The notes: generated by a model from the letters alone, not told the origin. Counted from the first letter of the stretch, positions 17,338 to 26,642 are shown. The stretch: 64,000 nt of DNA from Patescibacteria group bacterium (GCA_023382875.1 JAHDXH010000001.1:95527-159526), one strand, 5' to 3'. Made by a program: numbers and translations.

Positions 17338-18207
17338 ATGAATCCACTTGCAACTGCCCTAGTCACGATGAGACGTTCACCCTATCAATCCTTGGTCTCG
17401 ATTGTTATTTTGACTTTTACTTTTTTTGTTGCCTATTGTTTCTCTTTTTTCTTAGCCGGCAGCGAAGCTGTATTACGCTTTTTTGAAACAAGACCTCAAG
17501 TAATTGCTTTCTTTGATATCAATGCTGGTTCTGAACAAATCAATCAAGTTGGTCAAGCCATGAAAGAAAAAAGTTATGTTTCTTCGATTAAAATTGTCAG
17601 CAAAGATGAAGCTTTGAAGATTTATCAAGACGAAAACAAAGATGATCCCCTTCTTTTAGAACTGGTGACGGCTCAAATTTTGCCAGCCTCCATTGAAGTT
17701 TCTGGTTATAACATTGAAGATCTCACCCAAATCAAGTCTGACCTATCTAGTTATGAAAAAATTGAAGAGGTAGTCTTGCAAGATAGCTTGGTTGAGTCTT
17801 TATCAGGTTGGACCAACTCAATTCGTTTAGTCGGTGGAGTCAGTGTTGTTTTACTGAGCTTAGTTTCGTTAATGATTATGGTGACGGTGATTGGTATGAA
17901 AGTAGTGGCTAAGAGACCGGCAATTAAAATTATGCGTTTGATTGGTGCTACGAGCTGGTTTATTCGTTCGCCATTTGTTTTTGAAGGCATTGTTTATGGT
18001 TTAGTTAGCTCCCTTTTGGGTTGGGGTTTGAGCTATGTTGCTCTCCTCTATATCACCCCCTGGTTAACTGAGTTTTTGGCTAATATTCCAATTTTCCCTA
18101 TTCCTCCAGCTTTTTATGCTCTCCAGCTGGGAGTAGGTACAGGGCTAGGTATGATGCTTGGCGCAATTGCTGGGGGTGTAGCTGTTGGTAGAATGATCAA
18201 AAAGTAA
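17338..18207 (+). CDS. ftsX: Cell-division permease FtsX
   Basis: The start overlaps the ftsE stop. The topology is one N-terminal TM, a periplasmic loop and three C-terminal TMs. Length is 289 aa, which is FtsX-sized. Confidence 0.8.
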   Translation: MNPLATALVTMRRSPYQSLVSIVILTFTFFVAYCFSFFLAGSEAVLRFFETRPQVIAFFDINAGSEQINQVGQAMKEKSYVSSIKIVSKDEALKIYQDENKDDPLLLELVTAQILPASIEVSGYNIEDLTQIKSDLSSYEKIEEVVLQDSLVESLSGWTNSIRLVGGVSVVLLSLVSLMIMVTVIGMKVVAKRPAIKIMRLIGATSWFIRSPFVFEGIVYGLVSSLLGWGLSYVALLYITPWLTEFLANIPIFPIPPAFYALQLGVGTGLGMMLGAIAGGVAVGRMIKK

Positions 18208-18220
18208 TAATTATTTACAG

Positions 18221-19450
18221 ATGAACTTTTTTCTTAGAACTACAATCTTTTCTCTTGTGCTCGGATTTTTTGCCTTTCTATTGCCTTTTAGTGTTCAAGC
18301 TCAAAGTTGTGAAAATGTGAAGTGTGATAGCAACAGCGATAATTATCTAACTTGTCTTAACGACAAACAGATTTGTCTTGAGGCAAAAATAGAAGAAACC
18401 AAAAAAGAAGCTAGCACACTTAAGAGTGCTATTAATATTTTTGATGGACAAATTAGTGTTTTACAGCTGCAAATTGATCAAAACGTTTATCAAATCAATA
18501 AACTTGAAAAGGAAATTAACGAGCTGGGCGATCGGATTGATGGACTCAATCTTTCCCTTGATAAATTATCGAGCATCATGGTTGAGAGAGTTGGTGAGCA
18601 TTATAAAAGAAATTACGATAGCCCTGTAGTTTTGTTCTTTGCTCAAGATAAATTTGCCAAATTGGTTAGTGAATATAAATCTCTTTCTTTGGCCAAAAAA
18701 CAAACTTTGGAAGCTATGGAAAAAGCCGAGAGTTTAAGACTTAACTATGATGAACAAAAACAAACCAAGGAAACTAAGCAACTTGAGCTAGAAAAGAAGA
18801 AAAAAGATTTGGATGGGAAAAAAAGAGAGTTAGCACAGCAACGAAGTAGCAAAGAAAACTTACTTCAACAGACAAAAAATAACGAAAAACTTTATCAGAA
18901 TCTTTTAGCCGAAGCTAAAGCTGAAGTGGCAAAATTAAAGAGTTTCACCGCCTCCAAAGCCGGCGGTGTTTTATCAGCCCAGAATAGTCCGGATGGTTGG
19001 TACTTCTCACAAAGAGATGAGCGTTGGGCAAATTATCGAATTGGCAATAGTTCTGAAATTATTTATGACGTTGGTTGTTTAGTTAGTAGCGTGGCAATGA
19101 TTAGAAAGAAATTTGGTGATGATGTAACCCCAATAACGATCGCTTCCAACAATAGTTTGTTTTTCTCTAACACAGCCAACATGATGTTGAGTAATCCGTC
19201 TTGGTCTGCACCATCTGGTTATCATTATGAACACTCTTCATATTCTCAATCAAAACTAGATCAGGAGTTGGAGAAAAATCCGGTGATTGTTAAATTGCTG
19301 GCTGGTTCATATGGCACTCATTTCATTGTTATTAAAGAGAAAAAAGATGGAAAGTATATTATTCATGATCCTTGGGAGGGTTATGATAAAAATTTCTCGG
19401 ATTTTTATTCAACTAGTCAAATTAGTAGAATCAGTTACTTAGTCAAATAA
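18221..19450 (+). CDS. Secreted coiled-coil protein with a C-terminal C39-like cysteine peptidase domain (PcsB/EnvC-like FtsEX partner)
   Basis: A signal peptide is followed by a 4-Cys N-terminal motif and a long coiled coil (LQLQIDQNVYQINKLEKEINEL...). The C-terminus YFSQRDERWANYRIGNSSEIIYDVGCLVSSVAMI ... GTHFIVIKEK...IIHDPWEG matches a Cys/His papain-like (C39_2/CHAP-type) fold. Confidence 0.6.
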   Translation: MNFFLRTTIFSLVLGFFAFLLPFSVQAQSCENVKCDSNSDNYLTCLNDKQICLEAKIEETKKEASTLKSAINIFDGQISVLQLQIDQNVYQINKLEKEINELGDRIDGLNLSLDKLSSIMVERVGEHYKRNYDSPVVLFFAQDKFAKLVSEYKSLSLAKKQTLEAMEKAESLRLNYDEQKQTKETKQLELEKKKKDLDGKKRELAQQRSSKENLLQQTKNNEKLYQNLLAEAKAEVAKLKSFTASKAGGVLSAQNSPDGWYFSQRDERWANYRIGNSSEIIYDVGCLVSSVAMIRKKFGDDVTPITIASNNSLFFSNTANMMLSNPSWSAPSGYHYEHSSYSQSKLDQELEKNPVIVKLLAGSYGTHFIVIKEKKDGKYIIHDPWEGYDKNFSDFYSTSQISRISYLVK

Positions 19451-19476
19451 CCTCAAATCATTTATGATATAGAAGT

Positions 19477-20733
19477 ATGAGGTTTAAATTAATCTTAGTT
19501 AGCCTTTTCTTAAGCGTATTTTTTAACTTTACTTTTGTCAGTGTTGTAGCTGCTGCGGAATGCTCACAAACAGATTGTAGTTCTGTTGCCGAGAGTGAAA
19601 AACAAAACTGTTTGACTAAAAATATTCAGTGTCTAACTCAAAAAATTAGTGAAACCAAAACTCAGGCGGTGACTTTGCGTAATACGATTGCCATTCTTGA
19701 GCACGAAGTTTCAGTGCTTCAGCTCCAAATTGACCAAAGTTTATTTGAAATCACAGCCTTAGAAAAAGAAGTTCAGGCTTTGGGGGTGAGAATTGAACAG
19801 CTAAATCAAGATTTGGATAAGTTGGTGGATTATTTACTGGTTCGAGTGGTTGAACTCTATAAAAAAAGATTTATTACACCCCTCTCAATCCTATTTTCTT
19901 TTGAAAGTTTGTCGGATAAAGCGTCCAATTTACAGTATATAAAAATCACCCAACAGCAAGTGGCCAACAGTATGAGTCAGGCTGAGGATCAAAGGTTGGA
20001 ATTTGATAATCAAAAGAAACTCAAAGAACAAAAACAAAAAGAGTTGGAGGCAAAGAGAATTAAGCTTAATAGCCAGCAAAACGAATTGGAAGCCAAACAA
20101 CAACTTCAAGAAAACTTATTGAAAGAAACCAATCACAATGAGGCAGAATTCCAAAAGCAGCTAGACTCAGAAAAAGAAGAGTTCTTGGCTATTCAAGCCA
20201 TCTGTTCTGGTCAAGCTAATGAAGAAGAAATTAGGCATGTTTCCGCTGGAGAAAAAATTGCCACTTTGATTCAAGGTGCTTCATGTAACTCTGATGGCAC
20301 TCATTTGCATTTCTCTGTTCGGGAAAAGTCATTAAGTCCAATTACCAATAAAGATGAATATTTTTGTAAAAACCCTTTTAACTACCTGAAAAAAGAGGTT
20401 TCATTCTACAACTGCTCCACTAAGCTTGGTTGTAATCATCCAGATGGAGATCCATTTGTCCCCAGTGGGAGTTGGAACTGGCCGATCAATGAAACAATTT
20501 ACTTCTATCAAGGCTTTGGTTCAACATGGGCTGTTAAAAATGTTGATTGGCTACCATACGATTTCCACAACGGTTTAGATATGAGAGGTGATGGTCTTGA
20601 GGTAAAGGCGGTTCAATCAGGTACACTCTATCATGGTTACTACTCTGGCGGGGGTGGTTGTCAGCTTCCTTACGTCATAGTTCGCCATGATGACTCCAAC
20701 GTTGACTCTCTATATCTCCATGTTAATTATTAA
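19477..20733 (+). CDS. Secreted coiled-coil protein with an apparently circularly permuted M23 (LytM) metallopeptidase domain; paralog of 18221..19450 in its N-terminal half
   Basis: A signal peptide, a 4-Cys motif and a coiled coil align to the upstream gene. The M23 third motif VSAGEKIATLIQGASCNSDGTHLHF is at about aa 250-277. The M23 first and second motifs FHNGLDMRGDG...GGGGCQLPYVIVRHDDSNVDSLYLHV are at the extreme C-terminus. Confidence 0.6.
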   Translation: MRFKLILVSLFLSVFFNFTFVSVVAAAECSQTDCSSVAESEKQNCLTKNIQCLTQKISETKTQAVTLRNTIAILEHEVSVLQLQIDQSLFEITALEKEVQALGVRIEQLNQDLDKLVDYLLVRVVELYKKRFITPLSILFSFESLSDKASNLQYIKITQQQVANSMSQAEDQRLEFDNQKKLKEQKQKELEAKRIKLNSQQNELEAKQQLQENLLKETNHNEAEFQKQLDSEKEEFLAIQAICSGQANEEEIRHVSAGEKIATLIQGASCNSDGTHLHFSVREKSLSPITNKDEYFCKNPFNYLKKEVSFYNCSTKLGCNHPDGDPFVPSGSWNWPINETIYFYQGFGSTWAVKNVDWLPYDFHNGLDMRGDGLEVKAVQSGTLYHGYYSGGGGCQLPYVIVRHDDSNVDSLYLHVNY

Positions 20734-20774
20734 TATCCCATAAGTGTTGACACAAATAGGCTTATAATATATAA

Positions 20775-21053
20775 TTGGGTACTATAACTATGAATAAAAA
20801 CAAATTGTTCATCGCCATCTTATTAAGTTTTGCTATTTTTGGTTTTTCTTTTAGTGGTGTAGCCGCTGATACCTACGGTCAAGAAAATTGTACTTCTACC
20901 TATGGTCAAGCTGGTTGTATTACTTCTACCGAAGCTTCCAAGTCTGCCGTTTATTTGGCTGATACTGCCTTAGACACTCCTTCATTGATTGTCGCTGGTG
21001 GAGTCATGCTTAGCGGCATCGTCGCTTTGGTTCTCAAGAAAAAAATTGCTTAA
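20775..21053 (+). CDS. Small exported Cys-containing peptide with a sorting-signal-like C-terminus (candidate sortase substrate)
   Basis: A signal peptide is followed by a mature segment DTYGQENCTSTYGQAGCITS..., then LADTA, a hydrophobic stretch and KKKIA. The gene lies directly upstream of the sortase gene. Confidence 0.4.
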   Translation: MGTITMNKNKLFIAILLSFAIFGFSFSGVAADTYGQENCTSTYGQAGCITSTEASKSAVYLADTALDTPSLIVAGGVMLSGIVALVLKKKIA

Positions 21054-21099
21054 TTTTTACTAGATTTTTGTCTAGTTAGCTAAAAGTAGAATTCTGAAG

Positions 21100-21849
21100 A
21101 TGAGTTTGATTTACACTTCCTCTCCAGTAGTTCGCCGATCACCTAGTTACAAAAAAACTAGGCTGACTTTATTGGGTCAAAAGAAAAAGGTCGGAAATTT
21201 TCACAACAACAAATTAAGTAAAAAGTTGACCTCAGCCTTTTTAAGTCTGGTCATCGTTTTTTCACTGCTTTTTAGTGGTGTCTTCTTGATCCCAAAAATT
21301 GTTTACGCTTTTTACGATCCTAATACTTTAGTTTTGACTAACTCGGTCAACGAAACTGCTTTGGGTGGTGATGTGGAGTCTGGACCTAAACATTCTAGCT
21401 ATTTGCCAGAGATTAATGAAAATTTGCCTGAAGAAAATTGGTTAGAAATCCCCTTTATTGGCGTTAGGTCATTAATTCACGAAACAGTTGACCCAGAAGA
21501 AGCGCTTGATCAAGGTGTGTGGTTAGATCCTGCCTTTGGCGTGCCTGGTGAAGGCAAGACGGTGATTTTAGCCGCTCATCGCTATGGATGGAAATGGTGG
21601 TGGAAAGATGAATACTGGCGCTATAACTCATTTTATAACTTGCCTGAAACAGAGGTTGGCGATGTAGTTGAAATCACTTATGGTCAAAGAAAATTTGTTT
21701 ACGAAATTTACTTGGCCACTGAAGGTGAAGAGATTACGGACTTTAATGCTGACTTAATTTTGTACACCTGTAAGTATTTAGATTCGCCGATTAGATATTT
21801 CCGTTATGCTAGGTTAATCGATCCGACACAAGATAGTCAGAGCCTGTAA
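21100..21849 (+). CDS. Sortase family transpeptidase
   Basis: An N-terminal TM anchor is present. The catalytic triad context is His in ILAAHRYG, Cys in LILYTCKY and Arg in RYFRYARL. Confidence 0.7.
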   Translation: MSLIYTSSPVVRRSPSYKKTRLTLLGQKKKVGNFHNNKLSKKLTSAFLSLVIVFSLLFSGVFLIPKIVYAFYDPNTLVLTNSVNETALGGDVESGPKHSSYLPEINENLPEENWLEIPFIGVRSLIHETVDPEEALDQGVWLDPAFGVPGEGKTVILAAHRYGWKWWWKDEYWRYNSFYNLPETEVGDVVEITYGQRKFVYEIYLATEGEEITDFNADLILYTCKYLDSPIRYFRYARLIDPTQDSQSL

Positions 21850-21885
21850 TGTTGATTATTAAGACATAATTTGATATAATAAACT

Positions 21886-22158
21886 ATGAATTTAGATAAT
21901 ATGAATACAAACAAAACATTCACTTTAGCCCACGCTTTGCTCGTTTTGAGTTTATCCGTTTTATTGACCGGAGCTTTAATCGCAGCTAGTCAGGTGGCTA
22001 AGGCTGCTTGGGAATTGGAAGCTAGTAAGGCTCAAACCAAAACTCAAGCGGTTAAAAATTGTTTTGAAATTGCCAGAGGTACTAGAACCACTAGTGGTTC
22101 TAGCGCTAATGAAAATTGGCAATTGAGTCAAGTTGACCTAAACTACGAAGTTATTTAG
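21886..22158 (+). CDS. Small membrane-anchored hypothetical protein
   Basis: The 90-aa ORF has an N-terminal hydrophobic helix (FTLAHALLVLSLSVLLTGALIAA). No domain was recognized. Confidence 0.3.
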   Translation: MNLDNMNTNKTFTLAHALLVLSLSVLLTGALIAASQVAKAAWELEASKAQTKTQAVKNCFEIARGTRTTSGSSANENWQLSQVDLNYEVI

Positions 22159-22400
22159 AAGTGTTTAGGTGAAGTTGACGCCCAATAAATTGGTCTCAAG
22201 CACCGGATGAATCTTCTGGTTCATCTCATGCTGTAGATCAACAAGATCTCAGCGCTCTTTAAAAACATATTCAAAACTACGACTGGTTCACCAAGTGTCA
22301 TTTGTGGCCTTTGGTAAACCAGTTGTAGTGTGAGGAAATACCCGATCCCAACTGGTCGAAGTATCGAAGTCAAGTCAACCTATTCTCAAGGAGAACTGCT

Positions 22401-23141
22401 GTGAAGACGAAACTGTATTCCGTTCTGTTGGTGCTGGCTCTGCTGAGCCTGCTGGTGGTGCCTGCCGCTCAGGCACAGGACAATTCCGATGAGGTTTCTG
22501 GCGAAGGCTGGAGCATCACTGGCGATGTCCCCGAAGAAGTCGTCCCCAATAAGTGGGAACTGGAAGAGTCTGATGACGAATCCAGCATCTTGCCACAAGG
22601 CGGATGGATGTTCAATGCCGCCGGCGTTTTGAGTGCCGCCCGCTACGAAGACGCTGAAGCCAACGAATCGGCTGTCTGGTCTGGCGCTGGTGACGTTCAG
22701 GAACTGCTGGAAAACCGCACAGCCGAACTCATCCTGCCCGAAAGTGGCTACATGATGGTGGTCGGCGCGGGCTTCGATGTGACCTGTGGCGGCTATTCTG
22801 TCTCGTTGGAGCCGCAAGAAGACCACGCGTGGTTTCTCGTTTTGCGCGGACGCGCCGATGGTCGTGGTGACCGCAACGTGGTCTGCGAATTCAGCAATTA
22901 CACGGCGGGCGCCGTGTTAGTGACCATGTACGCTGTGCCGGTTCACGCCAGCGCGTTTTTCTCTGAAGGCTACCTCGCCGACAATATGGAAAACGCACGG
23001 GTGCGCAAGAACTGCGGCGCAACCGGTTGCTCGTACACCAGCGTGCTGGCCCTCGATGTGAACGATGGCGCTTACGGTGCATGGACGTATGGCGATGAGG
23101 AGTTTGAACTCGAAGTCACCAATGCGGTCATGCCTGAGTAA
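22401..23141 (+). CDS. Acidic secreted hypothetical protein encoded in a high-GC island (GTG start)
   Basis: The signal peptide is MKTKLYSVLLVLALLSLLVVPAAQA. AAGGAGA lies upstream. GC is about 60% with CTG/GCC-rich codon usage, unlike all neighbours. Shadow ORFs on the opposite strand are typical of high-GC DNA. Confidence 0.5.
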   Translation: MKTKLYSVLLVLALLSLLVVPAAQAQDNSDEVSGEGWSITGDVPEEVVPNKWELEESDDESSILPQGGWMFNAAGVLSAARYEDAEANESAVWSGAGDVQELLENRTAELILPESGYMMVVGAGFDVTCGGYSVSLEPQEDHAWFLVLRGRADGRGDRNVVCEFSNYTAGAVLVTMYAVPVHASAFFSEGYLADNMENARVRKNCGATGCSYTSVLALDVNDGAYGAWTYGDEEFELEVTNAVMPE

Positions 23142-23186
23142 TCAGCCCCCGGACGGTCTGCCCCCACAATTGAATATGTTCAACTT

Positions 23187-23213
23187 TCTCCTCGGGCCCC
23201 AAACCCGAGGAGA
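23187..23213 (+). terminator. GC-rich hairpin tctcctcggg/cccgaggaga downstream of the island gene
   Basis: A perfect 10-bp inverted repeat with a 7-nt loop is present. No clean U-tract follows. Confidence 0.35.
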
Positions 23214-23255
23214 ATACTTGTGTTCATCTCTTTAAACAGTTAATCTTAAGTAGAG

Positions 23256-26200
23256 GTGAATAGAAGTATTCTCACCGAAGTATTCATGAAGAAAGCTCTG
23301 CCCCACTTTACTAAATTCGGTGATTGGTTTTTTCAAAAGCTTAAGATTCACTATCCCCTATTAATTGTCCTAAGCATCGCTTTAATTATTGCTGCCAAAA
23401 ACATTGGTTTTAATCAGTGGTATTCTGGCTGGGATAATTTGCACGGCGAGTTTGATTTAAGTCGTTACACGAGCCAAGTTTTGGGTGGAGCATGGTTGGA
23501 GCATCAAGGTTTAGGTGCACCGATGAATTTGGCGCACTTGGCCGAGGTGTCACGTTTGCCGATTCTGTGGCTGTTAGCGACTGTTTTGCCTGATCATTTA
23601 ATTAGAATTACTTTTATTTTTTTGATGTACACCATAGGTGGCATCAGCATGTACTTTTTTCTTTCCCAGGTTTGGGTTGATCATCGCTTGGGCGCAGCTA
23701 AGAACTGGGTGGCAGCTCTTGGTGGAGTTTTATATCTTCTTCACATTTTGACTTTGCAGCAGTTTTATATTGCTTTTGAAATGTTCACGGTTCAATTTGC
23801 TTTTTTGCCTTTATTGTTTTTGATAGTTCACCGTTTCAGAAAGAAAGTTTTGGCGCCAACTGTTGTTTTATTTGCTGGATTGCAAATGCTTTTAGCACCC
23901 AGTGGTCATACGCCAACCAATTTTTATTTGGCGGTTTTGAGTTCACAGGTTTATGGTTTTTTCTTACTTTTACCAAAAGGACTGATGAAGGCATTAAAAA
24001 CGGCTTTTGTGATTGGCCTTTTGACTTTTGTTATTAATAGTTATTGGATTGTCCCCAATCTTTATTACACTTTCCATAACGCTCATTACGTTCAAGAAAG
24101 CCATGATAATCAACTATTTGCTCCTGAATCGGTTTCCAGTATTAGAGAGGCTGGAACTTGGCAAAATTTTCTTAAAGGCACGCAGTATTTGTTGGAATGG
24201 AAAGATTACGATTTTGAAACCAAGCAACTGGAGCTGATTTTTAACGATTGGCAAGAGCATTTGAATTTGCCGTATGTTCAGGTAATGTTGGTGGGAATTA
24301 GTTTGTTTACTATTTTTGGTTTGTTGACAGTTATTTTTAATCGGCGCAAAGGGACAAAGAGATGGGCAATTGCTTTGATTTATGTGGGCTGCGTGAGTTT
24401 TATTTGGATGGGTCTTTTCCCCAGTGGCTGGTTGTTTGAAAAACTTTATCAAGTTGGTTCGTTTACTGAAGCTTTTCGCAATCCTTTTACTAAACTTTCA
24501 ATTATTTATTCAGTAGTGTCGGTGATTTTATTTGTCAGTTTTTGGGAAGTATTGCTTTTGAAGATAAAGAAACACTTTAGGCCAGCGATAGTTTTACTTT
24601 TGATGGTGGCTATTGGCTATACGGTTTGGCCAAGTTTTGAAGGTCACTTTATTAGTGAAAAATTAAAAGTTCAGTATCCTAGTCAATACTTTGAGATGTT
24701 CGCTTTTTTGAGAAAAAAAGATCCACAGCTAAGAATTCTACCTCTACCTCAGCTTAACCACGCGGGTTGGGAATATTTTGATTGGCAGTTTTTGGGCAAA
24801 GGTAATGGTTATCAAGGAATGGGTTTTTACTTTTTTGGTGTGCCGCAGCCAGTTCTCCATCGCGACTCCGACCGTTGGGTGGAAACTTCAGATTTTTTCT
24901 TTCATGAGTTGAAGTACGCGCTCGATAGTCAGGATCTGAATTTATTCAACCAGGTAGTGGAAAAATATAAAATCGACCTGATTTTGATCGACGAAACTAG
25001 AGTTGACCCAAGTCGAGTGGTTGATTTTTCAACTCAGCACCAATTGGCTAAATTAGCTGGCTTTAGCAAAATTTGGCAGTTGGATTTTTTGAGTATTTAC
25101 CAAAAACCCACCCCCAATGCAGAAAGTAAGCTATTAATTCCACCTACGATCAATAAAGTTGACACTAACGCTAATCGAGTAATTTTTGACGCTGCATTTA
25201 AAGAGCAAAAAGATTATTTGTTAGATAAAAAGGACGCCGGTGTTAGTTATCCTCTGGCTGAATTATTGACCAAGCAAGTTGACAACATTGTTTATGCTGA
25301 TGATCACATTAGTTTAACCAAAAAGTTACCAGACAATTTTAGAGGTGAAGTCAATCTTAAAATTCCTGACCTGATGTCTAGTGTTGTGCCGGTGGCAGTT
25401 TCATATCACCAGGGCGAACTGGTGGTGGCTTTTCCAAAAACTGAGTTAAGATTTACAGATCAAATTATTGAACTTCCTCATTTGGAAAACCAAAACTTTG
25501 TCATTCCTAATGCTCCAGCTTCATTATTAGTTTTATTTGACAATCAAGTTGTTACAGTTGGTGAGGGTCAAACAAGCTATCAAGTTTTGAATATTAAAGA
25601 CAATAATTCACTCAAGCTAAGTTTTGCTGTTCAACCTGCTGTTTTGCCCAAAACCCAAGATGGTTTTATTGATGGCTCTAGGTTGGAGATCAATGATTTG
25701 GCTGAGATCGGGGTGAGCCACAAACTTTGGGAAGAAGAAACAAAAAGAGTCGAATTAAATGGTAGTTTGACTGTGGTAACTACTTTCCCATTCAAAAAAT
25801 TAAACATTACTGAGAATCCATCACAAAACTGTTCAAAACCGGAGCGTGGTTCTATTTCTACCAGACAAAGTTTAACTGACAAAAGTGTTTTATATACGGC
25901 AGATTCTTATGGAGTGAACTGTAACGGTTTGTCTCTAATTGATACGAGTAGTTGGGAAGATTATTTGCTCAGAGTGGTTGGTGAAAACCATGAGGGTCGT
26001 GGACTGAAGTTTTTCATTAATCGTAGCAAAACTACCTTGCCCGATGATTATATTTTTTCCACCGCTCAGTATGATTCTGCCATTACTCTTCACGGTCTTT
26101 TTTCATTACCAGAAACTGCTTTGAGTATGAATTGGGAAGCAAGATCGTTGGGCATGAAAACAGTTTCTAGTCTCAATCAAATGTTGCTTTTGCCTGTGCC

Positions 26201-26642
26201 ACTGCAGCAATTGGCTGGTGTTAGCTTGAGTTTGGATGGTGGTGAAACAAAGAAAAATGGAGTTGAGGTTGTTTCTTACTTGTTTGGTTCTGATACCTTC
26301 CACGTTGTAGAGTTGAATTGTCAGCATGCTCCCTGTGCAATTGGCCTTGACCAGTCATATGACTCTGCATGGCTGGGTTTTGTTATGCCTGATAGGTGGT
26401 GGAAGTTTGGCTCCTATAAGCTTTTATCGCACTGGCATTTGAATTCTTGGGCAAACGCGTGGGAAGTTTCTGTAGGTAAACAAAAAATTATGATTTTTTA
26501 TGGTCCGCAAATTTTGACTGGTATCCAACTAATTGGTTTGGGTATGGTAGTAGGCTTGGTTTTGCGCTGGGCAATCAAGTTTTATCAAACAAAGTTTTAC
26601 GCACTCAATAAAAAATTGCGCCGTCGGCTTTTGGGTTTTTAA
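23256..26642 (+). CDS. Large polytopic membrane protein (about 13 N-terminal TMs, a large extracytoplasmic domain and a C-terminal TM), YfhO/AftD-like GT-C-type architecture
   Basis: The hydrophobicity pattern over 1128 aa supports the topology. No motif-level assignment was made. The functional call is architectural only. Confidence 0.35.
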   Translation: MNRSILTEVFMKKALPHFTKFGDWFFQKLKIHYPLLIVLSIALIIAAKNIGFNQWYSGWDNLHGEFDLSRYTSQVLGGAWLEHQGLGAPMNLAHLAEVSRLPILWLLATVLPDHLIRITFIFLMYTIGGISMYFFLSQVWVDHRLGAAKNWVAALGGVLYLLHILTLQQFYIAFEMFTVQFAFLPLLFLIVHRFRKKVLAPTVVLFAGLQMLLAPSGHTPTNFYLAVLSSQVYGFFLLLPKGLMKALKTAFVIGLLTFVINSYWIVPNLYYTFHNAHYVQESHDNQLFAPESVSSIREAGTWQNFLKGTQYLLEWKDYDFETKQLELIFNDWQEHLNLPYVQVMLVGISLFTIFGLLTVIFNRRKGTKRWAIALIYVGCVSFIWMGLFPSGWLFEKLYQVGSFTEAFRNPFTKLSIIYSVVSVILFVSFWEVLLLKIKKHFRPAIVLLLMVAIGYTVWPSFEGHFISEKLKVQYPSQYFEMFAFLRKKDPQLRILPLPQLNHAGWEYFDWQFLGKGNGYQGMGFYFFGVPQPVLHRDSDRWVETSDFFFHELKYALDSQDLNLFNQVVEKYKIDLILIDETRVDPSRVVDFSTQHQLAKLAGFSKIWQLDFLSIYQKPTPNAESKLLIPPTINKVDTNANRVIFDAAFKEQKDYLLDKKDAGVSYPLAELLTKQVDNIVYADDHISLTKKLPDNFRGEVNLKIPDLMSSVVPVAVSYHQGELVVAFPKTELRFTDQIIELPHLENQNFVIPNAPASLLVLFDNQVVTVGEGQTSYQVLNIKDNNSLKLSFAVQPAVLPKTQDGFIDGSRLEINDLAEIGVSHKLWEEETKRVELNGSLTVVTTFPFKKLNITENPSQNCSKPERGSISTRQSLTDKSVLYTADSYGVNCNGLSLIDTSSWEDYLLRVVGENHEGRGLKFFINRSKTTLPDDYIFSTAQYDSAITLHGLFSLPETALSMNWEARSLGMKTVSSLNQMLLLPVPLQQLAGVSLSLDGGETKKNGVEVVSYLFGSDTFHVVELNCQHAPCAIGLDQSYDSAWLGFVMPDRWWKFGSYKLLSHWHLNSWANAWEVSVGKQKIMIFYGPQILTGIQLIGLGMVVGLVLRWAIKFYQTKFYALNKKLRRRLLGF

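Noticed and set aside
22386-23082. Minus-strand ORFs (146 aa and 63 aa) inside the high-GC island
   Set aside because: High-GC DNA generates long antisense open frames. The plus-strand ORF has an RBS and a signal peptide. The antisense frames are Arg/Gly/Ala-rich shadows.
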